From the IMG/VR virus record IMGVR_UViG_3300037010_001702, positions 62,001-126,000 of that record: a stretch of 64,000 nt of DNA. One strand, 5' to 3'. Positions within the stretch are counted from its first letter, which is position 1, and the number at the start of each line of letters is the position of its first letter. The position numbers were made by a program, and so were the translations under genes. A model generated the notes under the pieces. It made no database searches. It saw only the letters and a list, made by a program, of their open reading frames with translations, and was not told the DNA's origin. Below are positions 57,001-64,000 of this stretch, piece by piece.

Positions 57001-59624
57001 GAAAAGATGCCGGCTGAAGATGTCCCATCTGAACGAGGAACAACGGTTTGAACCAGAAGCCTATCTAGCTCTACGTTGCTGCTTGTAACGGGTGACACAT
57101 GCCCATCATGGTGAACCATGACGTCAATTCCAAGTTCAAAGTCAAATGAAATTGATGGTGTTACCTTTGGAAGCAGACCGAGAATAGGAAGGGTTGCTGG
57201 CCAATAAGTTACCTTTGCCGTGGTATCACCAAAAACCGTTTTGAGGGTTACATCCTCAGCTCTAATGCTTTCAAAGTGAGCGAGCAGGCGTTGAATATCA
57301 GGTGCGTCTGGATTTACCATGGAAGTAAGGATACTTCCACTGCCTGCGATGTAGGATGGAAGAGCTTCAGAGATAAATCGGTCAATGCTGGCAAGAGCAA
57401 CCATGTACTGCTGTTGGACAAATTCAAGGATAGAGATGGTTGACATCTCAGGTTGAATAAGGCTTGAAGCTAGAAGAGGAAAGTTGCTGCTGAATTCTCT
57501 GATTGTACCACCAAGGGTTTCATCAAAGTTCAAGTTACGAACGTTATTGATACCGAAAGATGATCCGGTGAATCCATCTTGGTGCTTGACAACGTTGCGA
57601 GCGTGATTAAGAAAGTCGCCAAACGTAATCTCAAGAACTGTCTGTCTATCCAAGTTCTCGAACATACGTGCAGGTGTCATCCAGGCACCGTCAATAACAC
57701 CGTCAAGAGCATCAGCAGTATAGCCACCGGGGTAGTTCACAAGTGAACCATCGCTAAGCTTCTTTACGTAACGTGGCGAAAGAGGAGCGATGATGTTGAA
57801 AGAGAACTGCTCTGCATTTTCAAAAGGATTTATTCCAGCTGTAATAAGGCCAGAGAAGTCTTCAACAGTGAAAGGAGTACCAACAGTTGCTGTGTAAACA
57901 ACCCCACTTCTAATTCCCTTGATGGAGAATTGAGTTGGAGATATAGCGATTGCTTCCCATTTTTGGTTGTCAGCATATTGAGCTACGCTTGTTATCGTCA
58001 TTGTTCCCTTGTTAGGGTTTCCAGCAAACACTGGAGTTGTTGCTATGGCAGTAGTAACGCTACCCTGCCATACTGACTTAAGAATTCCAGAGCTCTTGTA
58101 GTAAAGAAGACGACCATCAATGTCGGCTAGACCACAACCAAAGATAAAATCAGCATCAGCCGTTGTCTTCACGCGGCGCTTTAGGACTGCATCAGTTGTG
58201 TAATCTGGATCTTCAACATAGAAGAATATACCACTCGTTGCACCTTGGTGAGTACCATCATAGCGGTACAGGTTGAATTGTGGAATCTGATTAAGCTTGT
58301 ACTTGAACTGACGAGCATTGATGACTGTGCTGGAGTGCCCTGGAGTTCCGCTGCTGTCAACGTAGGAGTTTAGCTCAACGCTGTTGTTGTATTCAATGAT
58401 TGGGCGAGTAGCCGAAACCATCGTGTAGGCAGCGTAGTTTGGAATGGACGTGATGTCATCGCGGTGAACCCAGTAGTTTCCTGTCTGCCAGTCGTTTAGC
58501 GTACTTAAGCCGATTGGTTGTGCAGTTTGCGCAAAGTCAAATGAGCTAGTAGCAAACGTACCAGCTGATTCATATGTCTTGCCACCATTCGCTGTACCAG
58601 TATTGACATAGACGACTGAACCAACCCCGAATTTAGCTGCTGTGTCAGTATCAGTTGTTCTCTTCCACTCACTATCAAGGGTAACAATGTAGATACCATT
58701 CTTTGACTTGTCAGTTTGATCCTTTACGAGAATTCTGTCACCAACAGCAATCACGCTTCCGTCAATAGTCATTAGTGGGGATAATGTTTGGACAGAACTA
58801 ATCGCTCCCTTTCCAACGGTTGAGATAGAGCTGAAGTTAATCAGAATGTTGCTGGTGAAGTAGGTGATCTTCACTGTGAATGAATCCCCGCTACCAAATG
58901 GTAACGTACCAACAGTAATTACAAATGACATTAGCTGGCCACCAAGGTTGTCATAGACGATTACCTGAGTAGTGTCACCTGAAGAATTGGAGGTAAGAGC
59001 TGTAACGTTGGCTGTAACGTTGCCAAAATCGCTCGTGATAGTAAAGTGCGAGTTGGACGTAAACGTTACAGTGAATGTTTCAGTTGGGCGACCATTTGCC
59101 CAAAGTTGAATGCTGGAAGTTGTGGCAAGACGAACAGGATTCTTTATGATGTCGGTTGGACTAGGTCTAGCGATGACGTAGAACTCTGGATCATTTGTCA
59201 TGTTCCACTCTGGGCCAGTAGTGAGTGGCTTCACCCAAAGGTAGTTAACGTAATTGATGAACTTATCAATGTTGATTGGAAGAGAGTAGTTAAAGTACTC
59301 TTCAGCCATCCACTCACGCATATGAGCTATGTCAACATCAAGGGATACCATCTTATTGATGAAGTCCTCAAATGTATTGATGCTTACCTCTGTACCTGAC
59401 TTAGAGTAAAGTGCAGGAACAAGTGCATTAACCTGTCTGTCGAAAGATGGAGGAACAATATCCGTGTCGCCCACCACGGAAGTTCCTATTCGTCCGTTTA
59501 CAAGAACGCTATTTTCCTCAGAAACGAAACGATTGAACGTATTCGAAATAAGTCCGTCAAGAAGCTCATTTCGAATTGCTGGAGGAATTAGTTTTTTAAG
59601 GTCTAGAGATTGACTGGTTGCCAT
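51009..59624 (-). CDS. Giant (2871 aa) virion structural / baseplate protein
   Basis: IDKFINY.NY.W, RPIIEY, EPW..MGF..KP.WD, G.IQ.KGT, E.WA.K...FG motifs; GATAAATA at 59663-59670 (-). Confidence 0.8.
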   Translation of the reverse strand: MATSQSLDLKKLIPPAIRNELLDGLISNTFNRFVSEENSVLVNGRIGTSVVGDTDIVPPSFDRQVNALVPALYSKSGTEVSINTFEDFINKMVSLDVDIAHMREWMAEEYFNYSLPINIDKFINYVNYLWVKPLTTGPEWNMTNDPEFYVIARPSPTDIIKNPVRLATTSSIQLWANGRPTETFTVTFTSNSHFTITSDFGNVTANVTALTSNSSGDTTQVIVYDNLGGQLMSFVITVGTLPFGSGDSFTVKITYFTSNILINFSSISTVGKGAISSVQTLSPLMTIDGSVIAVGDRILVKDQTDKSKNGIYIVTLDSEWKRTTDTDTAAKFGVGSVVYVNTGTANGGKTYESAGTFATSSFDFAQTAQPIGLSTLNDWQTGNYWVHRDDITSIPNYAAYTMVSATRPIIEYNNSVELNSYVDSSGTPGHSSTVINARQFKYKLNQIPQFNLYRYDGTHQGATSGIFFYVEDPDYTTDAVLKRRVKTTADADFIFGCGLADIDGRLLYYKSSGILKSVWQGSVTTAIATTPVFAGNPNKGTMTITSVAQYADNQKWEAIAISPTQFSIKGIRSGVVYTATVGTPFTVEDFSGLITAGINPFENAEQFSFNIIAPLSPRYVKKLSDGSLVNYPGGYTADALDGVIDGAWMTPARMFENLDRQTVLEITFGDFLNHARNVVKHQDGFTGSSFGINNVRNLNFDETLGGTIREFSSNFPLLASSLIQPEMSTISILEFVQQQYMVALASIDRFISEALPSYIAGSGSILTSMVNPDAPDIQRLLAHFESIRAEDVTLKTVFGDTTAKVTYWPATLPILGLLPKVTPSISFDFELGIDVMVHHDGHVSPVTSSNVELDRLLVQTVVPRSDGTSSAGIFSEAVPLTPYAGQLWVKPSTFAISIFDVVSDTDTVPTGYAGAFWYKKSANELYEWNPVNLSWQPASLGLIPSLWKPFNSSAIRNSLVLAVENKLYDSVHAKQDVHVTLSDVALSSYSEVELARYAAKYGYDTYAPDYVASDAFTWNYSQAVLPFTTAARWFDVLTDYFTSNGLPGTCRPNLEPWKLMGFTTKPANWDAQYLSTITGNVATLAVAYAADVNIIPPFIGLPTVDGITLSEGDSLLLTGQFDARQNGIWLVSSGGWSRAANPLSAGLTINVLSGSFATTNWTVLTTGTIQPSVTPVSFGQIRTWLKSMWQAIKAANPALKLSVNINTDALLPPYVSAAAFESAEALTTVMPTGISLSYTFGQHGPIETIWMKSLEYGYGLARSYFRSSPLQFLDKTWGETYFKTNNNVRVERNLMSPLPPAFFLLHGEKLNIINTYTAAEIAKHVIVGSTPITWTGAGTISFVVTHTADNVTWFSAYANGTFIDYVAEGQTFSISSGGIVLTDVKIDDLGIPFDMGDTITLKFFDNIPDPAYIPPAVEVLPLGCEDCIANGAIIASQNATVPMVQVPFTYAFTSSNMKIFKGLGQWFTNLLRFNSVDTSLSPAAVAYRGWSIKLAHQLGVLIRPETLSIDTSLGALPSTAYDVVLKKSSNTSSLWISGLRIQLVQLGTKKLNIDGVYIPTADASDWIFRVEAYNQQHPVLERYILDTASEFETFYALQKEHTDLAWKHCLNHSSIVSSTVPLSITGLQNVVDFIYGYTDRLADLGWKISSDSPVTDAKTGRNLNWQLEIEKFIDHVYEGMAAGEGYILNPFMSRLELDTPVGLMAKYSDANFIDEYSTQAAYDVTGTAIPIDNIFVVRTDERSITYSQTPIFSAHVFTDEYEHVILMNQHFSDETNSTVIFDTFLGLRLSTAFLSYIRQAETSRKPTFSGFYLSGSDVKRNISSSIDTIGNYYDADQTFYDPLTAKHALSLLGFVKKDYFAGVNANDITQFNFWRGLIQAKGTNMAINAFVNYKKFIDASTDEFWAYKLATFGDARERTFPEIKINPKDATQKFSRFQFYSVDDIHDPLPLYTQIENSDDTYWFSIDDLGTGMKFEATPISEVITAPAAGYYKLTNIYHNGDAMSPSITTTAAATFRVVNASMIWVSGPGQFTVSGYTWNNPTKHSPIKLFDYIENTLVDEIGLWHPAIGIHAYAPLEVVNMISGEDPANYNYTTKTTDNVQYKHLKPWGAREVGQVFWDTSNLAYIPYYDATIFPSRDVRHARWGSLAEWASIDLYEWTESPVHPSAYNAQAVAQEGDSSIDDSVKLSGKVALSKFYSRDRKITAVPIAWSYVPTGAVNGHPSFITNTNTNIWRSGNILIADTGRVADADLIAGRGFSGWDIVNSKPVGELSIGTVTSYVIGSSTDPLAPVLNADLSLSIITGGVFGTRIGAVALTSHDSFIRMTDSTGFFQDVEVTTPLGVDTQATYKFDLFGLALTISFPTNSSITDIIGIFGALPAKDVVIREAIDFTTVVDFPSDPGTLFSNSGDYLSVPSDYGWRTWVIPTQAQLTSDLLSPYNAWLPVMGDPVVVAPSPVVIAAMKDSTSTLTLKSGITISRYSSTWNNWVDLSNEKLDAISNGTTNVSFMLSDTIDPNRLSIYSNGIQVNPDGYVITGKVVELVNTPLPEGTIVTLLYRAYQPTAKELAFDPSVADDVTIQVQYKSDYQYTQLEVRDEQGNITGTKYYFWVQDKTIPQANKSMSLSQAAALLKSGAPRYAVFSRLQPGAVLPSAAYDSFAISGLNTLITKNDSYKLRMLRDFTLRDDPEELNLKNIHTEWALIRKGQSSKIPAALWEILTNAVAGTDTAGNQLPSKARIDYDARNNTRTRYGFNPGQIFAETSLVRASVTNTILNTNLVLNLAGKKIPDYISALNFDDSENWFKDAATARATMSLIWNTARPAQINEIFFDTLDDALSNNYEFSDMFKTSFITVNSTSVVDGTVQVEQADELY

Positions 59625-59697
59625 ATGTGGGCGTACTCAAATAGTCTAAGAAGTTGATATGATATTTATCCAACTTCTCAAAGCCCCAAAAATGTGA

Positions 59698-62600
59698 TTA
59701 CCTGTTTTGTCTAAGAACAGTAGGAGTTAATGCAGTAACGATCTCAATATCATTTACCGTAGCTGCGGACTGAAGAATCTCATCAAAACCGGAGTTAATT
59801 GTAAACAACGAGCCAAATGAATTCACTGAGTACAGTGGAACCAAAACAACAGAAGCTATTTGAGTTGACAGCTTCTGGTGAATAAGAGAGATAAGCTCTG
59901 TAGCGTAGAAGGAATCACCAAAATCCCAGTTTTGGATGTCAAACAGTGTATCAATAACAGTTACAATCTCAGCCTTGATGCGTTCATCTGAGAAGGTGGC
60001 AGTTGCTGACTTAACAACCTTGAACTTAGCGCGAAGAGTTTGATCAGCTAAAGCACCGAACAGCAGCTTAATCTTGCCCGAGTGAAGAACAACTGTGTCT
60101 GAAAGCATCTTATTAGCAAGAAGGTAACCATATGAGGTGCGAAGTTCTAGTGGTGTTGGTGGTTGTGGAACCACGCTTGAAAGACCATGTACGTAGTCCA
60201 TAACGTTGTTGTAGTATCCACGAGTCATCAAGAATGCATCATGGATATTAGTAACGGATGGATCAACCAAGTGAGTCACTGGGCTAAAGTGCTGCCACAT
60301 AAAATCAAGAGTTGATATAGTTCTCAATCTCATTATTTGATATAGCGGACCTGAGGTAGGCTGAGAATCAGAAAGCATGGCGCCAGCTGTAAAGGTAAAT
60401 GTGTATCCAAGCGATGGCACGACTATTGTACCAGCATCATAGCTGTAGTTGTTAGCATAATCAGTAATGTCGTACGCTGAAGTGTACGTATACTCCGAAG
60501 CAGTAAGTTGACTTCCAAGTGACTGCATGCCAGCCGTTGACACATTTACAAGGTAGAACGAAAATTGGTCAGTTGAGAATGCGCTAAATTGAAGAATGTT
60601 GTCAGGTGTCTTATCACCAGCTTGTGCAAATGTAATTGTATCAGTAGGAAGAACTTCGATTTGATTGTAATTCACCACGCCATTCTCATCATAAACGAAA
60701 CCAACAGTATCATAGATGTCAGCCTTTTTAAGTGGCTTACCAAACTCATCAAGATTAGAACGCAGAACTCTGATCTTGTCATAAAGTGGCTTCTTGGTAG
60801 ATGAGTCAATGATCTGCACATCTTGGTTATACCAAAATTTTGTCGCTGTGCTCGCCGCGATAATCTTCATGTTACGATTGTAGATTGACCAGCTATCAAC
60901 TTCACCCGTTGTTGAGTTTATGTTTCTAGAGACCATGAACACCCAAGCATTTACGCTGTCATTAGGGTCAAAGTTAGCTTGTTGTACAGTTGAAAGTTCA
61001 GTAGCTGATGTAATTCCACCTGCAAGAAGCTCACTGTGGGAAATAAGTTCCCACCAGCCATTAAGGTTTGCCTTGTAAACAGCAGTTCCTGCCGGATTAA
61101 AGTTTCTTACTAGGGCTTGCCACGCGGTACCAGTGTAGCTAATGTCAATCACAAATGCATCACCAGCCGAGAATTGATTTGCTAGATCATTTGTGATGAT
61201 GAAGTCAAATGGATAGCTCGTTAAACCAGCCTGTACAGACCAGCGCGTATTAACTGCTGACAAGCTGTAGTCATGAAGTTTACCACGAATGCTACTAATT
61301 ACGGTGAATGTAGTAGCATCAGAAGTCATTTCGATGGTGATAACTTCTACCTTGTGCTTGTAGTAATCAACGCCAACAGCTGAGGATGGCGTTGCATTGC
61401 TAACGGCAGTAACACCAGCTTGGTCAACAAGCGCAATCGTTCCACCACCAAAGGCAGCAAGGAACCGGTTGAAGCGAAGTCCAAACGATTCCTGCGCGTT
61501 CAAAGCTTGAAGGTTCGAACCAGTATCTCCTGGTGGGTAGGTGTTAAGACCGTCAATAGTTCTTGGCAGGCTTGGTAGGTAAAGCTTACCATCATCCATT
61601 GGGTTAAGAATAGGGTCAGCGATGATGCCGTGCTGGATACCATTGATCGTAGCATATCCAAGAGGGTCACCATACCAGTGACCATCAATGGCTGCCTGGA
61701 TAGCTGTCTTTTCATTCAAACTACCATTACCAGTTGAAAGAGAACCATACGGGTTAACAAACGTTCCATCAATGTTCTTGTATATTTGGCGGTTGTCTTC
61801 AATGAATTTTCGACGTGGGTAGCTGATGATACCGTAGGAACCGGCACTGGTTGCCATGATGTGAACAAGACAGTTGAGAAGCGCATTTGACTGAAGAAGC
61901 GGCTCAAGAAACGTGTCAATAAGAGTTTTAGCTGCTAGACGAGTTTCAACCATGTCGGCGGTAATGCTGTAGGACATGTTGAGGTCATCGCCGAACAACT
62001 TTACATTTTCATACGTAAGAGAAGAGTCATTCCACTCAATGTACTTTGGCTGACCGGCAAAGGTTCTGTTAATTGTCTTAAGCTTAAGGATCGTAGAGTC
62101 CTTAAGTGGGTAGGTGTTATAGTCTTGTCCATTTACCATTCTGTTCTGTGAATAGTAAGTCGAAGGAGCTGACTGACGAATGTGTTCGATGTTCTCAGAC
62201 GCGGCATTGTTTTGAATTGCCGCAGTTAGTGAGAATGTAAATCCGAATGTCTGTCCAACATTTACTTGGTTGACATAAGAGAAGCTGACTGGCTGGCCAA
62301 CGATTGTGTTCTTTGGAATATTAACGTCTTGGTTAAGTGAGACACGAGTCCAAAATTGAAACGTTCCAACGGGCATGTCGCTAAAGTTACCATCCCCAAA
62401 CAACAAAGCAATTGCATCATTTTCAAGAGTTGAAATTTCATACTTTTTGCGGGTTGATGTAACATCATTGAAGTAAAGGTTCTGCTCATTAAGAGCTTCA
62501 ACACGAAGCCAATTCTCGAGGATGGTTCCATTGTCATCAACACGATATACCCAGACGTCGGTGTCATTTACATTAATTGGGTCAAGCTCAATTCTACGGT

Positions 62601-63411
62601 TTGCAGTGGGAGATGCGATTAAGTAGTTAGTAAGGACCATTGACCCCTGCTTTACGAACCCCAAGAAGCCAGTAAAGTCAGAGCCATCACCCTTGCCATC
62701 AGAAGCGTAGATGATATTGAACTGAGCGTTAGCATCAGGAGCCCGCTCGAACGGACCATTTGAATCAATGTCAGCTGGAACAAGTTCCATTTGAACTTGA
62801 GAAGAATTACCTGCAACGCTGAAGGCGAGCACACCGTTTCTGAAAGCGTTAAGGTCATTGTTCAGCGTGTAGAGCTGCATCGACACGTCGCCAATCTGGA
62901 ACGCCTTTGATGGATTACCAAACTTAGATGTCAGGGCCTTGTTCATAACAAGGAAGAACTGTTCCTTCCAGTTACTGTTGTTTGGATCATTCCACGTGAT
63001 AGTGGTGTTAGCAAGGTTGTTACCAAGAGAGTCATAAACTGCTTCTGAAGTAACTACAGTGTTAATCTTTACCAAACCTCTACCAGGAATGTTACGCGCT
63101 GCTGTGTAGGAAATAAGTCTTGCGAGCTTAAGGACAGACTGCTTGCGCTGAGCTGTAGTGATGAAATTTTCATGTACCATCGTATCAACGCGGTATGCCA
63201 AAAGTTCAGCAACGTACGCGAACATTTCAAGAACAGCGATAAGTTCAGAGCTTTCAATGAAGTCATTGAAGTGTTCAGCGTGATAAATTTTCAGGTACTG
63301 AAGAAGAGATTCCTTAACAGTATCGTAATCATATGACGTGAAATTAATCTGAGAAAAAGCATCATAAACCTTATCCCATGCTTCAGCTGCGTATGTGGTT
63401 CTAATGGTCAT
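59698..63411 (-). CDS. Baseplate wedge protein (gp6-like)
   Basis: F.SYDYDT.K..L..Y......FNDFIESS....LE..AY, ENF..TA.R..SV, FGDG.F, Q.RMV..DY. Confidence 0.88.
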   Translation of the reverse strand: MTIRTTYAAEAWDKVYDAFSQINFTSYDYDTVKESLLQYLKIYHAEHFNDFIESSELIAVLEMFAYVAELLAYRVDTMVHENFITTAQRKQSVLKLARLISYTAARNIPGRGLVKINTVVTSEAVYDSLGNNLANTTITWNDPNNSNWKEQFFLVMNKALTSKFGNPSKAFQIGDVSMQLYTLNNDLNAFRNGVLAFSVAGNSSQVQMELVPADIDSNGPFERAPDANAQFNIIYASDGKGDGSDFTGFLGFVKQGSMVLTNYLIASPTANRRIELDPINVNDTDVWVYRVDDNGTILENWLRVEALNEQNLYFNDVTSTRKKYEISTLENDAIALLFGDGNFSDMPVGTFQFWTRVSLNQDVNIPKNTIVGQPVSFSYVNQVNVGQTFGFTFSLTAAIQNNAASENIEHIRQSAPSTYYSQNRMVNGQDYNTYPLKDSTILKLKTINRTFAGQPKYIEWNDSSLTYENVKLFGDDLNMSYSITADMVETRLAAKTLIDTFLEPLLQSNALLNCLVHIMATSAGSYGIISYPRRKFIEDNRQIYKNIDGTFVNPYGSLSTGNGSLNEKTAIQAAIDGHWYGDPLGYATINGIQHGIIADPILNPMDDGKLYLPSLPRTIDGLNTYPPGDTGSNLQALNAQESFGLRFNRFLAAFGGGTIALVDQAGVTAVSNATPSSAVGVDYYKHKVEVITIEMTSDATTFTVISSIRGKLHDYSLSAVNTRWSVQAGLTSYPFDFIITNDLANQFSAGDAFVIDISYTGTAWQALVRNFNPAGTAVYKANLNGWWELISHSELLAGGITSATELSTVQQANFDPNDSVNAWVFMVSRNINSTTGEVDSWSIYNRNMKIIAASTATKFWYNQDVQIIDSSTKKPLYDKIRVLRSNLDEFGKPLKKADIYDTVGFVYDENGVVNYNQIEVLPTDTITFAQAGDKTPDNILQFSAFSTDQFSFYLVNVSTAGMQSLGSQLTASEYTYTSAYDITDYANNYSYDAGTIVVPSLGYTFTFTAGAMLSDSQPTSGPLYQIMRLRTISTLDFMWQHFSPVTHLVDPSVTNIHDAFLMTRGYYNNVMDYVHGLSSVVPQPPTPLELRTSYGYLLANKMLSDTVVLHSGKIKLLFGALADQTLRAKFKVVKSATATFSDERIKAEIVTVIDTLFDIQNWDFGDSFYATELISLIHQKLSTQIASVVLVPLYSVNSFGSLFTINSGFDEILQSAATVNDIEIVTALTPTVLRQNR

Positions 63412-63779
63412 TTTGTAGGTACTTCAATATTGAGGACATCACGTACGTTGAACTCAACATACAAAAGATCGGCCATCGCTAGAATGGCATTGTTGTTTGG
63501 AAGGGAGAGCACTTGAAGTGAAATAACGCTAACACGTGGATCGTAGTTAAACACTTCTGTCAGATCTGTTTCAATAATCTGGCGCGTATTATCGTCATTT
63601 GGCTCAAACACCATCATTGGAATTCTTGTGCCATAGTTAGGCATCATGAGGCGCTGACCCTTAATCGTGTAGATATGGTTCAACAAGTCTTGCTTCACAA
63701 GCTCTATATCCTTCAAGCCGAACGTTCTGTTCGCCATCCAGTTTGCAGTAGAAAAGCCATTGTAGAGTGATGTTGCCAT
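63408..63779 (-). CDS. gp25: Baseplate wedge subunit (gp25-like)
   Basis: D.ELVKQDLLNH..T.KG.R.M.P.YG..I....FEP...DPRV; GATAAATA at 63801-63808 (-). Confidence 0.9.
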   Translation of the reverse strand: MATSLYNGFSTANWMANRTFGLKDIELVKQDLLNHIYTIKGQRLMMPNYGTRIPMMVFEPNDDNTRQIIETDLTEVFNYDPRVSVISLQVLSLPNNNAILAMADLLYVEFNVRDVLNIEVPTK

Positions 63780-63829
63780 GGTATGATCGGAGTAATGAAT
63801 TATTTATCAGAAAAATCGACTACCGTAAA

Positions 63830-64000
63830 TCACTCCTTCCAGTTAGCTCCGCGGGTACCAGAAGTTACTGGCCGCGTCCATGGCTCATGACCTGGGATTA
63901 CAGAAGGTGAGTCTGGAAGGTCTGGGCATGAAGCATCTGAAGCTACTGCAGCTGGAGGTCCGTTAAGCTGAATGCTTGCACCTGATTGCTTGATATCCCC
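63830..64000 (-). CDS. 3' end of a probable baseplate hub/spike (gp5-like) gene, truncated by the window
   Basis: Manual translation GDIKQSGASIQLNGP...IPGHEPWTRP...WKE*; lies upstream of the gp25-like gene. Confidence 0.6.
   Translation of the reverse strand, partial: GDIKQSGASIQLNGPPAAVASDASCPDLPDSPSVIPGHEPWTRPVTSGTRGANWKE

Noticed and set aside
40512-63266. Many short alternative-frame and antisense ORFs inside structural genes (e.g. 40579-41178, 44230-44613, 54381-54758)
   Set aside because: Fully nested in long genes with recognisable motifs; shadow ORFs caused by codon bias
1-64000. Stop-codon reassignment as the cause of broken genes
   Set aside because: Core genes are full length in the standard code; breaks are confined to mobile-element relics and a few small genes

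Overview
64 kb from a large lytic myophage of the T4-related jumbo type (gene content and order resemble RaK2/GAP32-like phages; this placement is inference). The host is Gram-negative, since a two-component spanin is encoded. Bases 1-36.9 kb are almost all + strand. They carry accessory genes (YiiX-type amidase, ClpP, PhoH), two paralogous tail fibres with a chaperone, an RNA-repair block, and the replication core: family B polymerase, clamp, RNase H, primase, helicase and a PD-(D/E)XK exonuclease. Bases 36.9-64 kb are - strand late genes: wall hydrolase, spanins, fibre and decoration proteins, giant baseplate proteins, gp6-like, gp25-like and a gp5-like 3' end. Two promoter classes recur: (G)TTTAC-N17-TATAAT early and nATAAATA late. 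The main observation is a fractured T4 Rnl1-type RNA ligase. It is split inside active-site motif I (KRDG|S) into two genes carrying the N and C halves of a split intein, with an antisense Vsr-like homing endonuclease between them. Other oddities: a second (Rnl5-type) RNA ligase, a third ligase-fold protein that is probably virion-packaged, four decayed homing endonucleases (two appear to supply promoters to neighbouring genes), a cluster of near-perfect palindromes, a (TGCCC)n microsatellite at the strand switch, and a 2OG-Fe(II) oxygenase fold lacking its canonical ligands. No tRNA, rRNA or CRISPR array was recognised. All family calls come from motif recognition by eye; no searches were run.
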